This document shows positions 37,060 through 50,204 of a stretch of 64,000 bases of DNA, one piece after another. Under the pieces are notes generated by a model, which saw nothing but the letters and a program-made list of their open reading frames with translations, did not search any database and was not told where the DNA came from. The stretch lies in the NCBI GenBank assembly GCA_024679065.1, contig JAGIQG010000104.1, positions 1 through 64,000 on the forward strand. Direction: 5' to 3'. The position numbers were made by a program, and so were the translations under genes. Each line of letters opens with the position of its first letter. Position 1 is the first letter of the stretch. Source of the stretch: Sphyrna mokarran (lineage: Eukaryota).

Positions 37060-38735
37060 GGAAGCCAAATGGATACAAAATTGGCTTGATGACAGAAGAC
37101 AGAGGGTAATGCTAGAGGATTGCTTTTCAAACTGGAGGACTGTGACCAGCAATGTGCCTCGTGGATCAGTGCTGGGTCCACTGTTATTTGTCATTTTTAT
37201 TAATAATTTGGATGAGAAATTTAGAGGCATGGTTAGTAAGATTGTAGATGACATTAAAATTGGTGTCAATGAAGATTATCACGGATTGCAATGGGATCTT
37301 TATCAATTGGGCTAGTGGACTGATGAACAGAAGATGGAGTTTTATTTAGATAAATGCGAGGTGATCCATTTTGGTCAATCAAACCAGGATAGAACTTACT
37401 CGTTTAAAGGGAGGGTGTTGTGCAGAGTTATAGAACAAAAGATCTAGCGGTAACAGGTTCGTAGCTCATTGAACGTGGAGTCACAGGTGGACAGAGTGGT
37501 GAAGAAGGCATTCAGTAAATTTGGTTTGATCATTACAACCTGAATATAGGAGTTGGGACTTCGTGTTGAAGTTGCACAAGACATTGGTAAGACCACATCT
37601 GGAATACGATGTGCAATTCTGATCATTCTATTATAGAAAGGATATTATTAAACTAGAAAGAATGCAGAAAAGATTTGTTAGGATGCTACCGGGACTTGAT
37701 GGTTTGAGTTATAAGGAAAGGTTGGCTTTTCCCCCCTGGACAGTATAAGATCTTATAGGGGTGAATGTTCCCTACAGGGGTTGATGTAATAATGGGGGGC
37801 ATAAATCAGTTTGATGGGCAACGTTTTTTTCCAGATGGTAGGGGAGTCTAAAACTAAAGTGTGTAAATTTGAGCTGAGAGGGGAGAGTTACAAGAAGCTC
37901 CGGAAGGACAATTTATTCAGGCAGAGGGTGGTGAGTGTCTGGAACAAGCTACCAGAGGTAGTAGTAGAGGCGGATACAACTTTGTCTTTTAAAAATATTT
38001 TGGACAGTTACATGGGTAAAATGAGTATGGAGGGATATGGTCCAAACATGACAAGTGGGCCCAGCTTAGTGTTTAATAAAAGGGTGACGTGGATAAATTG
38101 GGCCAAAGGACCTATTTCTATGCTGTAAACCTCTATGATTCTATGGCTGCCGAACATATAGGGAGAAGTGAGTGTGATAGAACTAGCTTCAATAAGGTGT
38201 CACACCACAAGTCCACATCCAGATAGATAGAAGAGTGACTGCCAGGACAGACAGGCATGTACTGCAGCAGTTTTGTGGCAATTCCCTCTCATAAAGATAT
38301 ACCATTTTGGATAATGCCGGGGAAGGGGAAATAGCCTCTCAGGGGAAAATACCAGCAGCAGCCAGGCTTCTGGCACCATGACTAGTTCTGCTGTAGAGAA
38401 GGATCGAGCTAGGTCCAAGTGAATGAAAGTCGTAGAAGAACTCGATAGTCAGGAGCATAGATATGCATTTCCATGGCAGCGACCAACATTCTAGGATGCT
38501 GTGTTACCTCCCTGATTTCAGAATCCTGGGTGTCTCTGAGCAGGTGCAGGGCATCCTGAAACGGGAATGTGAACAGATAGATGTCATTGTCCACATTGGC
38601 ATTAATGACAGAGGCAGGAAAGGGGAAGAGGGCCTGTGAAGACAATTCAGGGAGTTAGATAGATCAGGACCACTGAGGTAGTAATCTCAGGATTATCCTC
38701 CGTGCTACATGTTAATGAGGCTGGCAATAGGGGAT
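37060..38735 (+). mobile_element. CR1 LINE fragments (RT 3' part 37060-38145; ORF1-like piece 38160-38735)
   Basis: WIQNWLDDRRQRV...VPRGSVLGPLLFVIFINNLD. Confidence 0.85.
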
Positions 38736-39309
38736 ATCTTCAGACAACTGAAGTATCGTATTTGAGGATTGTGTTTTTTTTCTTGTTCCTATTGTATTTA
38801 TTTTAATATAACTTAATGCAGATTAACCTATTCACCGAAACTATACCAATCTCAGGAACAGTGACAGGTGAACTCGAAGACATACACACACGAACACATT
38901 CATAGATACATTCACTCTCAAACCGACACAGGGAAACTCACAGGCACACACACAAACACATACACAGATACATATAATCTCAAACAAATAGCTGCAGACA
39001 AACTGGCAGACACATAATCCCATTCACGTACACACACAGACATACACATATGACTTACACAAACACAAGAACTGACACACGCAGACATACAACTATCACA
39101 CACACTCTCACAAACACAGAGATAAACTGAGGTAGTGACGAATTGATGTTAATCTCTAATCCAACTGCTGGGAACTAAAATAATGTAAGAACTCTCACAA
39201 TATAGACAGAGATCACGGGTAGACGTGGGAACATCGGGGTGGCGGCACGGGCTCGTTGGGCCGAAGGTCCTGTTTCCTGTGCTGTTTTGTTCTTTGTTCT
39301 TTGTTCTTA

Positions 39310-40190
39310 ACACTATCTTAAATTCCAACAGACTTATTTGGTAGCAAAATCCACTAGCTTTCGAGCGCTACTCCTTCATCAGGTGAGTGGGAGTTCTGTT
39401 CACAAGCAGGACATATAAAGACACAAACTCAACTTACGCAATAATGGTTACAATGCGAGACTTTACAGGTAATCATGTCTTAAAGATACAGACAATGTGA
39501 GTTGGAAGAGAATTAAGCAAGTTTAAAGAGATGTGCATTGTCTCCAGCCAGGATAGTTAGTTAGATTTTGCAAGGACAAGGAAAGTCATGAGGGTTTCAG
39601 TTCGTGTGATGTGAACCCAAGATCCCAGTTCAGGTGTTCTCATGTGTTTAGAATTTGGCTATCAGTCTCTGCTCAGTGATTCTGTGCTGTCGTGTGTGGT
39701 GAAGGCTGCCTTGGAGAAAGTGCACCCGAAGATCAGAGGCCAAATGCCCGTGACTGCTGAAGTGTTCACCGACAGGAATAGAATACTCTTGCCTGATGAT
39801 CGTCGACTGGTTTTCATACAACTGTTGTGGTAGTATCTGCATGGTCTCCCCAATTTCCCATGCTCTGGACATCCTTTCCTCCAGCATATCAGGTAGATAA
39901 CGTTGGCCGAGTTGCAAGGATATGCACCGTGCAATGGGTGGATGGTGCTCTATGTGAGACTGTACCTTTAACATCTGATTACCTGTAAAGACTCGCATTT
40001 CAACTATTATTTTGCAAATTGAGCTTGTATTTTATATGCCCTGTTTGTGAACAGAACTCTCACTTACCTGACGAAGGGGCAGTACTCCGAAAGCTTTTGC
40101 TACTAAATAAACCTGTTGGACTTTAACCCAGTGATGTGAGACTTCTTACTATGTTTAGCTCAGTCTAATGCCGGCATCACCACGTCATCA
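39310..40190 (-). mobile_element. Penelope-like element (GIY-YIG C-terminus) with inverted terminal segments
   Basis: ORF 39648..39998 IGET...RQEYSIPVGEHFSSHGH...EQRLIAKF; 39310-39505 is inverted relative to 39950-40140. Confidence 0.7.
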
Positions 40191-40544
40191 CTAAAATCAT
40201 AACAGAAGTTAATCAAAAATTTGTGAAATCAGAAAATGTACAAATATACCCCATAGCTCAGGGTGGGGGTGGGGGGGGGCAATTGATGATTTCTTTGTTG
40301 TCTGTGATCTTTGAACAAATACAGAATTAGAAAGATTATAATATTTGAATTGTAATATCTAATATATAAAGTATCTGGGAACAGAGCGGATTTATTAGAC
40401 TGACAGGCAGACTTGGGTAATGAGATTGACGTGGCTTTTTTTAGTGAATGGTTTTGTTGTAGAGAGGGATGCATGGATGCGAGAGACATAGATGGAGAGG
40501 ACAGTGGGTGAGATGGATGGAGGGGTAGATAGATGGATAGGTGT

Positions 40545-41530
40545 GAATGTGAGAAGCTGAAGTTTCCAGCTGAAGAGATTCCAGTGTCATTGAGCAGCTG
40601 AACTGGGGAAGCCTTTGGGCAGATACTGTGCTGCTGCTATTTCTATTCCTAACCACCAGTCGTCCCTGACACAGCCCAGGCGCTGCTCCGCGCAGTGTCA
40701 CCTCTTGCCCGCTCCGGCCCTGTTGCTGCTCGTTGGCGGAACATCCGGGCCTGTAGAAAGGCGGAGCCAACCGCCATATTGTCGTGACGTCACCATCAGC
40801 TCCTCTCCCCCGGTCGAGGAAAACCTGACAGTTCAGAAATGTAGAAAGTGAGAGAAATTCCCACCCGGAAATCCAGCCAGGAGCGGAATTAAAATTGAAT
40901 AAAATACATATTTTCATAAAGAGACAGGTGGCAGAACCGCGCATGTGCTGTAGTATTTTCCCAGAACACACCGCGTGATTGAAAAAAGTAGGCAATGAAA
41001 AAAAGAAACAAGATGCTCCCGAATCGAGAAGGAACCGAAAGTCTGAGGATGTAAATAATAATCATCAAGATTCAAACTACTAAAAGATGTAACTGCCTGG
41101 GCGCATGTGCAGCAGTGGAATTTCCCCCAGAGCGCAGCGCGCAGGATGCCGTCTCCCCTGGCAACGCAAGATGGCCGCTGGCCGTCTCCCCTGGCAACGC
41201 AAGATGGCCGCCGGCGGTGGGTGTGATTGCGGCGCAGGCGCAGTGAGGTCCTGCCTGCAGCCCATTGTCCAGATTGCCCCCCAGTGGATGTGGTGGGGAT
41301 GGTGCAGCAGATGGAGCAACAATCCCAGTTTCAATGGGGGAAGAGAAGCTGCAATGCTGCTCCCTGTTGTTCACTCCTCTCCCCAGTCTCAGCATTGCAG
41401 AGTGTTTAAACAAGAGGGTGCATTGTCACAGCAGCACCTTGACCTGCAGTTTAAGTTTATTTATTAGTGTCACTAACAAGTCGGCTTACATTAACGTTGC
41501 AATGAAGTTACTGTGAAAATCCCCCAGTTG
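40545..41530. repeat. ~1-kb CpG-rich promoter-like cassette, copy 1
   Basis: Inverted copy at 52960-54020 and direct partial copy at 63773-64000; YY1 CCGCCATATT 40771, CRE TGACGTCA 40785, 33-bp units with CAAGATGGCCGC. Confidence 0.8.
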
Positions 41531-41729
41531 CCACACTCCATGCCTGTTCTGGTCCATTAAAGGAGCATTAAGCATCGCCAATGCATCCCAGCGAGCACGT
41601 CTTTCAGACTGAGGAAGGAAACCAGAGCACCCGGAGCAAACCCATGCAAACACAGGGAGACACCACAAATTCCATATAGCTAGTGACCCAAACCGGGAAT
41701 CGAACCCAGCTTCCTGTGCTGTTCATTGC

Positions 41730-42370
41730 ATGCATCACAAAAAGCTAATAAGCAGCTAAAGCAAGTAATTAGGAAAGCTATCATTTCAGGGGAATTGGTT
41801 ACATAAATATGGAGGTTATGCTTCAGTTATCCAGAGCACCAGTGAGACCAGATCTGAAGTATTGTGGACGGTATTGGTCATCTTGTTTAAGCCAGGATGT
41901 AAATGCATTGGAAGCAGTCAGTTGACCAGACTAATGTGCACTATGAGTAAAACTTGAACAGGCTAGACTTGTGTCTGCTGGAGTTTAGAAGAGTGAGAGA
42001 AATTTGATTAAAACATAGTAGATTCTGAAGGGTCTTGACAGGTTGATGTGGAGAGGATGTTTCCTCTTGTGTGAGAATCTAGAGATGGAGGTTCCTGTTT
42101 AAAAATAAAGGTTCACACATTTAAAACAGAGATGAGATGAAATATTTTCCTTCAGAGGGTCATGAATATCTGGAATGCTCTTTGAAAAAGGCAGTGGGAG
42201 CAGAATCTTTGAATATTTTTAAAGCAGATGTAGATAGATTGCTAGCAAGCAAGTGGGTAATAAATTATTGGGGATAGGCAAGATGTAGGTTTAAAGTTAG
42301 TATCAGATCAGCCCTGATCTGATTAAATGATGGAGCAAACTTGAAGGGTCAAATAGCCGAATCCTGATCC
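41730..42370 (+). mobile_element. Decayed CR1 3' fragment
   Basis: CTGGAGTTTAGAAGAGTGAGA... typical CR1 3' end. Confidence 0.7.
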
Positions 42371-44330
42371 TTGTTGCTGTGAGACATTAGCAGTGAGATA
42401 TGATTCAAAGTGTGACTGTCTCAGCCTGTTGTTTGACTGCAGGAATGCTCATGTTTAATAGTTTGTTGCTTAGTCATGTGTAATGATCACATAATTGAAG
42501 CTTATTATCAATTAACCTGTGATATTCTGCTTAATTATAATATATTAGTATCATGTCACTGGCTTTTTCTGTAATTGCACTCTCATTTGACAAGTGTAAT
42601 ATATCACATGACCCTGGGCCGTTGTAAATTTACACTTTTACACTTCAATTACAGAGTCCTGTGGATCCCATCAACTCTGGATGACCTAAGATCTGGAACT
42701 GTGAACTCATCAGCCAATGACAATAACAGTTATATTTGAGTTTGAGGCCATATTGTGTGAAGAAATCAGCTGTGAAGGTTCAAACTTCAGCACTGTGTCA
42801 TAAATTAGTTTCAACTTTTAACTTGTAACATCTTAAAAGAAGCACTCACTTTCCTTCACACTCTATAACTATATTTAGTTTGAAAAACTAAAGGTTTCAG
42901 TTTAATTTTTATAGCTGAGAAGTTATTCTGATTCATTAGTTTTGAATTTTTATCAATTGAATGTATTCTATGATATGTGTTTCTTGTTATTTCACCTTTT
43001 GCACACTGATTTGATGTCCACTTTCTTTGGATTTCAGATCTGCAATAACTTTGTAATTTCTTTATTAGTTTAAGAGTGTGTGCCACTTTGTGTCCTTTTA
43101 ATTAACTGTGTTCCAAGCTCTGCCAACCACTATAAAAAGCAACAACCACTTTTTTTAACCAAAATGTACTGATAGTCACCAGCCCCATTCAGAACGCAAA
43201 GTTTCTACACATCAATTAGACATTTGAGACAATGAACCCAAATGTTAACCATGAGGATTTGATACCATAAGCCTGCTTATTTCAAGTGAGTGAGCAAAAA
43301 GCTCCATTATCTGAGTATAAAGCTCAGTTTAATGAAATCATAGAAAAGGCATCTGGGGCAAACTCCGAAAGTAACTGACATATTAGACACCCAATTGCAA
43401 AATTACAGGAAATGGTCAGTCGATGATTGTCGCCATTAAAAACCAATCAAAAACTGATTACACATCACCTAAATAAGTCAGAGACTGATTATGCAAACCA
43501 GAGTTCAGGAACACCAGTGATCACGTACTGTGCTATGTTTAGAAACAGTTAATAACCATCAGCTTTCAGCTGCCCAGTTTACAGCTCAGAAAAGCTGAGT
43601 AGGAAGAAGATAGACAACAGTCAACAAAACAAGAAACAGTGTCACAGTCGGCTGGAGGGTGTGGGCCAGTGTTACAAAGTGAACTGAGTGCTTCCACTGC
43701 CTTTGTTAAGTTTTGCATTTCGCACTTGTGTGATTAACTGAGTAAATTCTGTAAAGCAGTAACAATATTTGCACCCAGTATGGTCCTGTAGCTAGTTGTA
43801 ATTGAAAGTCCCTTTTAGATCAGCTCCCAACTAAATCCAACAATTGTAACTGACTTTAAGTCTTACATTTAAGATGAGGTGAACCCACATCTTTCAGAAA
43901 ATCTCTGCCAACTTTGGCACAAACCCCCAGCTGTTAGCCAGGAATTCTTTGTAGGGTTAATTTGGGAACAGTTTTGCTTTTATCATTTCTGAACCTAGGT
44001 CAACGCGGAGTGGTCTGTCAGATTTTATCATTGACTCTTCTGTAACAAATTGTCCCTATATTGGCCCCTATATGGGAATCTTCAGCAATAGGCATAGCCT
44101 AAAGTCAAGGATAGGTCATTTAGACGTTAGGACGGCGGCGTAGGCTCATTGGGCCAAAGGGCCTGTTTCCCGTGCTGTGTTGATCTTTGTTGTTCTAACA
44201 ATGTGACACAACTGAGCAGCTTGCTCAGGTAGAGAGCTCTGAATCTAGAATATTACCTCTGTTCTGCAGAACAAGTAACTATACTCTGTCTGTATTATAG
44301 CAGTGCTGTAGTAAAGTCAGTTAAAGACAA

Positions 44331-44570
44331 TCTGCTGAGATCAATATTACCCCTCACCCAATCTCTCCAAAAACAGAACACTGCTCATTATCACATTCTT
44401 GTTGTGTTTTACCCCGCTGAGATCAATAATACCCCTTACACAACCTCCAGAAAAACAGAACACTGCTCATTATCACATTGCTGTTGTGCTTTACCTTGCT
44501 GAAATCAATACTACCCCTCACCCAGTCTCCCCAACAACAGAACACTGGCAGAATCACATTGCTGTTGTGG
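44331..44570. repeat. 82-bp tandem repeat, ~3 copies
   Basis: GCTGAGATCAATA..ACCCC recurs at 44334, 44416 and 44498. Confidence 0.8.
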
Positions 44571-44749
44571 ATGCTGACTGCGCACAAAGATGCCCTGAGG
44601 TTGTGTAAGGTGCTATATAAATGCAAATTCTGTTGACTCCAGCCCAGTTACTGTATTTTGCAGCAACATCATCAACACTCCCCCAGTGTCATCACAAACA
44701 AGGTTCAGTCCTGAATCTGATGAACAACAGCAGAATCAGAGCAGAGCTG

Positions 44750-45720
44750 TTATCTGTGAACTTGCTGGTGTTTCACCAGATTGGATGATTCGATAAATCT
44801 CTTCCCGCACTCGGAGCAGGTGAACGGCCTCTCCCCAGTGTGGATGCGCTGGTGTGTCAGCAGGTGGGATGATCGTGCAAATCCCTTCCCGCACTCAGGA
44901 CAGGTGAACGGCCTCACCTCAGTATGAATTTGTTGGTGTGTCAGCAGGTTGGAGGACTGAGTGAATCCCTTCCCACACTTGGAGCAGATGAATGGCCTCT
45001 CCCCAGTGTGAACTCACTGGTGTACAGTGAGATGAGATGATTGCCTGAACCCAGTCCCACAGTGTGAGCACTGGAACGGTCTCTCCTCAGTGTGAACAAG
45101 CTGATGGGACACCAGTTCACCAGAACTTTTAAAGCACTTCTCACACTCTGGACATTTAAAAGGTCTCTTGTCGGTGTGAACTCGTTGGTGTGTTTGAAGC
45201 TGGGTTGCTGTCCTGAAACTCTTCCCACATTTTGAGCAGCTGAACAGTGTGTACTCGGTGTGAATGCGCTGGTGCTCCCTCAGTCCGTGAGGGCTTTTAA
45301 AGCTCTTCTCACAGTTGGAGCATTGAAACTCCCTCTTGTCAGTGTGAACTTGCTGGTGATCAGTAGGTGGGACGAGGGAGTGAATCCGTTTCCATACACC
45401 GAGCAGGTGAACGGCCTCTCCCCAGTGTGGAGTCGCTCATGCAGCTGAAGACAGATAAACTGAGTGAATCTCTTTCCACATACGGAACAAATGAAAGGCC
45501 TCTCCCCGGTGTGTCTGCGTCGATGAATTTCCATCTCAGATGGGGATCTGAATCCCTTTCCACAGTCCACACATTTCCACGGTTTCTCGCTGGCTTGAAC
45601 AGTACTTCCTGCTTCCATGTTTAAAGGCCGATGATATTCAAGTCCTGATGAATCGAGTGACTCTGTCAGATTGTGATGCTTAGTTTGACTTTCCTGACCG
45701 TGAACCTTTCAAATAATCTG
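44750..45720 (-). pseudogene. C2H2 zinc-finger gene, frameshifted
   Basis: EKPWKCVDCGKGF...[14 protein letters not shown]...HTGERPF; later fingers continue in other frames. Confidence 0.85.
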
Positions 45721-46429
45721 AAAATTAATTTAAGACAGAATCAAGGATATATAAAAGAGAATCCACAAAAACACAAAGGCAGGTTGTGAAATTGAGCTAA
45801 ATTAATTTGTGGGGTCAGCGCTAGGAAAAAGTGACCCTGAAAACTGCTGGCATCTCATAAAAACCCAACTGGTTCACTAATGTTCCTAAGGGAAGGGAAC
45901 CTGCCACCCAGTCTGGGCTTACACAAGACTCTGTTTCCATGGGAGGAGGGAGAGAGGCGAAGGAGACGGTAAAGGAGATGATCTTCATAGATCTTCAACT
46001 GAATTTGAATTTCAAAATAATCACCCAAACCCATATCTCCATTCACTGGAAAGACAAGAGCAGCTGGTGTCTGGAAATCCATCACCTCCAAGACCCACAC
46101 CAGCGAGTTCAGACTGGGGAGAGACCAGACTCCTTCTCCACGTGTGAGAAGATAAATTCAATCATCTAATCAGCTGACACACCAGTGAGTTCAGCAGTGA
46201 TTACTGGGGTTGGATTCTGCTGTTGTTGCTGCTGTTAATGACATCCAAAACTGAACTTTGTTCATTCTGATCGTTTGGGTTTGTTTCTGTTGATGTTTAT
46301 AATTTCTGTAACTCTTTAATATGTTTAATATTCTGGAACTTACCTTGTAACCCTTACTCTTCTAATAAAGCATCTTTTTTCTGTTTGATAGCAAACATTG
46401 ATTTACTTGTAATTTTTTCAACTGAGTCA

Positions 46430-47095
46430 GAGCAGAGGAATAACCTCTCCCCAGTGTGAATTTGCTGGTGTGCTGTGAGGTGAGATCATCACCTGAATTC
46501 AGTCCCAAAGTGAGAGCACCTTAACGGAATTTCATCAGTGTGGAGACATTGATAGGATAACACTTCCCTGGAACTTCTGCAGCTCTTCTCGTAGTCTGGG
46601 CAATTACAAAATCACTCCAGAGTGTGAGCACGTTTGTGTGTCATATGGTGGGATGGCTGAATGAATTATTTCCATCTCTGGAGCATTTGAACAATCTCCC
46701 GTCAGTGTGAGTATGTCGGTGAGCCAACAGGTTGGATGATGGGAGTGAAATCAGTCCAACACACGGAGCCGGTGAATGGCCTCTGCCCACTGTGACTGCA
46801 CGATGAGCTTCCAGCTCAGACGAGTAACTCAGTCCCTCCTCACTGTCCTCACTCTTACATGGTTCCTCACCAGGATGTTTATATTTGTAGCTCCTGAGGC
46901 CTAATGATCAGCTGAAGCCTCATCCATAAAGAGAAGAGCTTTACCCACTGTGAACATTGTTTTATTCTTCAATGTTTAAAATCCGAATGTTAATCAATTT
47001 ACCGTTAACTGGGAAGCTCTGTCATGTCCTGATGTGACGTTTGTTCGAAGATTCCTGACTGCAAATCCTCCTCTTCTAAAACTCTGTGACACTGA
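46430..47095 (-). pseudogene. Older, highly decayed C2H2 zinc-finger copy
   Basis: Residual CACACTGGGGAGAGG (HTGE) linkers; upstream flank is homologous to 45720-45900. Confidence 0.65.
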
Positions 47096-47279
47096 GTGTA
47101 AAACAGAAAAAAAGTGAAAAAGAATCCACAGAAACACAAAGGCAGGTTCTGAAACTGAGCTGAATGGATCTGGTGATTTGTGGGGTTGGCACTAGGAAAA
47201 AAATGAATGTAAATATCGCTGGAGTATCATAAAAACCCAACTGATTCACTGATGTCTGGCAGGGAAAGGACTGAATATC

Positions 47280-47805
47280 ACCCATTCAATAGGAACATGG
47301 ATGATTTGACATTTCTCATGTTCACTTTCTTACTCTTTCCCTGTAACCCTTGATTTCCTTCCTGATCAAAAATATACACAAAGTCCCTGCCCCCACAGCT
47401 CTTTGTGGTAAGGAATTGCAAAAACTTTCAACCCTCTGGGAGAAGGAATTACTCCTGATCTGTGTATTAAATTAGCACCTTTTGTTCTGAGACTGTACCC
47501 TCTAGTCCTAGACTCTCCCATGACAAGAAACATCCGCTCAGCATTTACCTTGTCAAGTCCCTTAAGAATCTGATATGCTTCAATAAGATCACCTCTCATT
47601 CTTCTAAACTCCAATGAGGAGAGTCACAACCTTTGCTCATAAAACAATCCCTCCATAACGGGGATAATACTTGAGAATCTATCCTGAACTGCCTTCAAGG
47701 AAATATTTTTCCTGAAATAAGGAGACCAAAACTGCTCACCATCTTCCAGATATGGTCTCGCCAGTACCTTGTACAGTTGCAACAAAACTTCCCTACTCAT
47801 ATATT
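47280..47805 (-). mobile_element. CR1 LINE 3' fragment
   Basis: LYKVLARPYLE..FWSPY; EFRRMRGDLIE. Confidence 0.85.
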
Positions 47806-47809
47806 CCAA

Positions 47810-48100
47810 CCACGGTGGCACTGTGGTTAAGACTGGTACCTCACAGCATGAAAGATCTGGTTCAATTCCCAGCTTGGGCCACTGTCTGTGTGGAGTTTGC
47901 ACATTCTCCCAGATTTCCTCCGGGTGATCCAGTTTCCTCCCACAGTCCCAAGATAAGCAGGTCAGGTGGATTGGCCATGCTAAATTGCCCCTTTGTGTTC
48001 GGGGGACTAGCTTGAAAAGTACATGGGATTATGGGTGGGATTGTGATCGGTGCAGACTCGATGGGCCGAATGGCCTCCTTCTGCACTGTAAGATTCTATG
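47810..48100 (+). mobile_element. HE1/V-SINE
   Basis: CACGGTGGCACTGTGGTTA head, GTGTGGAGTTTGCACATTCTCCCC core. Confidence 0.75.
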
Positions 48101-48304
48101 ATTTTCTGATTTTTAGCAACTTCTCAGCCATCTTTATGCTCATTTACATTCCCTTCATCCCATTCCACCCCACAGTATAAATCTTTTCTGATTCTCTTTA
48201 CCCTTAGCTCTGACATAGGCTCATCCAGACTGGAAACATTGCCTCTATTCTCTTCCCCCAGGAGCTGTCAGACCTGCTGAGATTTTCCAGCATTGTCTGC
48301 TTTA

Positions 48305-48670
48305 GCTCCGCCCACTGACCGCGCATGCGCTCTGCTCCCCGCTGAACAAACATGGCGGCCGCGGCCCTGGGCCGGATCCCGGATAAAATCCCCGCAAACC
48401 CGGGAGCCGCAGGCTCTGATTCCGGCCTTGCGGTCTACAGCGGGTGTTTGTGAAGCCCCCGCTCCCTTCCCACCCCCGCTCCCGGCTCCATTCCTCCCTC
48501 CGCCCCACTGATTCTCACCCGCTAAAACAAACCGCTCCCGCACTCGCAGGGCTCCGAGGGAAGTGACACTGCGCATGCTCCAGAGGCAGCACCGCGCCTG
48601 CGTACTGGCCTCCTGTGGAGTGAATAGGGCACTTTCACACCCGCAGCGAATGCTGGGTGATAACTGCGCC
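48305..48670. promoter_or_regulatory. CpG-island promoter, probably of the zinc-finger gene
   Basis: NRF1-like GCGCATGCGC 48321 and TGCGCATG 48570, YY1 AACATGGCGG 48348, ETS GGAAGT, GC box; minus-strand donor GG|GTGAGA near 48518. Confidence 0.6.
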
Positions 48671-50204
48671 ACTGAAATCTCAGTTAATACAAAATAAAAT
48701 TGTGAACATTTGAAATCAGTTAACAAAATGTTGTGAATTGGTGATCTGCTGTGCTCCATTTCTGTAAGTTTAATATGGATCACAGAGAAATATCAAAGCT
48801 CTTATACCGTTTCCCCTCTCACTTCTTCCTTGATGATGCTGACTCTGGCTGGGTTCAATCGTGATGTGGAGGTGCCGGCGTTGGACTGGGGTAAGGATAG
48901 TAAGAGATCTCGCAATACCAGGTTAAAGTCCAACAGGTTTATTTGGTAGCATAAGCTTTCAGAGTGTTCCTTCTTCAGGTGAGTGAAGAGATGTGTTCAC
49001 AAACAAGGTATGCATAGACACAGACTCAATTTACAAGATAATGGTTGAACATAAGAATATAAAAAAATAGGAGCAGGAGAAGGCATCGAGCCCATTGAGC
49101 CTGCCCTGCCATTCAATAAGATCATGGTTGATCTGAAGTGGATCGGTTCCACTTTTCCACTTTCTCCCCATAACCTTTAATTCTATTGTCTATCAGAAAC
49201 CCGTGCTGTGTTGTTCTTTGTATCTTTGTATCTTTGTATTATCCTTCTCTACAAATCTTGTCACTTCTATGAAAAAATGGTGCAGTTGTGGACTCCACGA
49301 GATCGGAGGGATGTGATAGCACTGGAAAGGGTGAGAGGAGATTTCCCATGACGTTACCTGGCCCAGAGAGTTTCAGCTCATAGACTCATAGAATTCTTAC
49401 AATGCAGAAGGAGGACATTCGGCCTTTCAAATCTGTACTGACTCTTACCCAGGCTTACTACGTAACTCCATGTATTTGCTCAATAACCCCCCTAACCTAA
49501 GTATCTTGGGACCTTAAGGGCAATTTAGCATGGACAATGCACCCAACCTGCACATCTTTGGAATGTGGGAGGAAACCAGAGCACCCGAAGGAGATTTTAT
49601 GTCTCTCTGCCTAAGAATTACTCAATACCGGCTCGGAGTGGGTGCATCACCAGAATCAAACATACATCGGTGTTCTTTAATTCCAAGTGCATACCTCAGC
49701 CTGGTGTCCCCTTTGCCACATCAGGGTGTAGTGTGAGTTTGGATCTCTCCGTTATATTGGGAGTCACCGGCAATGTCCAATTTCAGGATAAACTTCTACT
49801 TTGTTACAATGACATTTAACCTTGGACCACACCATTGTTTGAATGTAGACCTGGTCAACGACCATCGTTGAGATTTATCTGAACATGTCAAGAAATATTT
49901 CATTGTTTTCTGAATAAATATCCCGACATTTACACAGTCTCTGCCTCTTGTTTGTGCATCTGTTGATTGTTCACTGTTGGCGATGGGGCAATGTTAAAGT
50001 TTAATCAGATTCGATAACCATTTGGATTTGCAAATGTATTAGCAGGGCTGGGGAAATTGCAGCTATGAGGAAAGGATTGGATAGGTAAGGGTTGTTTTGC
50101 TGAGAGGTGACCAAACTGAGGTGTCTAAAATTCTGAGCAGGGCCAAGACAGGATGGACAGGGAAGGCCCGCTTCCCCCAAACAGAGACAGGAAGCGGGGT
50201 TCAC

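Noticed and set aside
44331-44570. CRISPR-like array
   Set aside because: Eukaryotic context; whole 82-bp units repeat with no unique spacers
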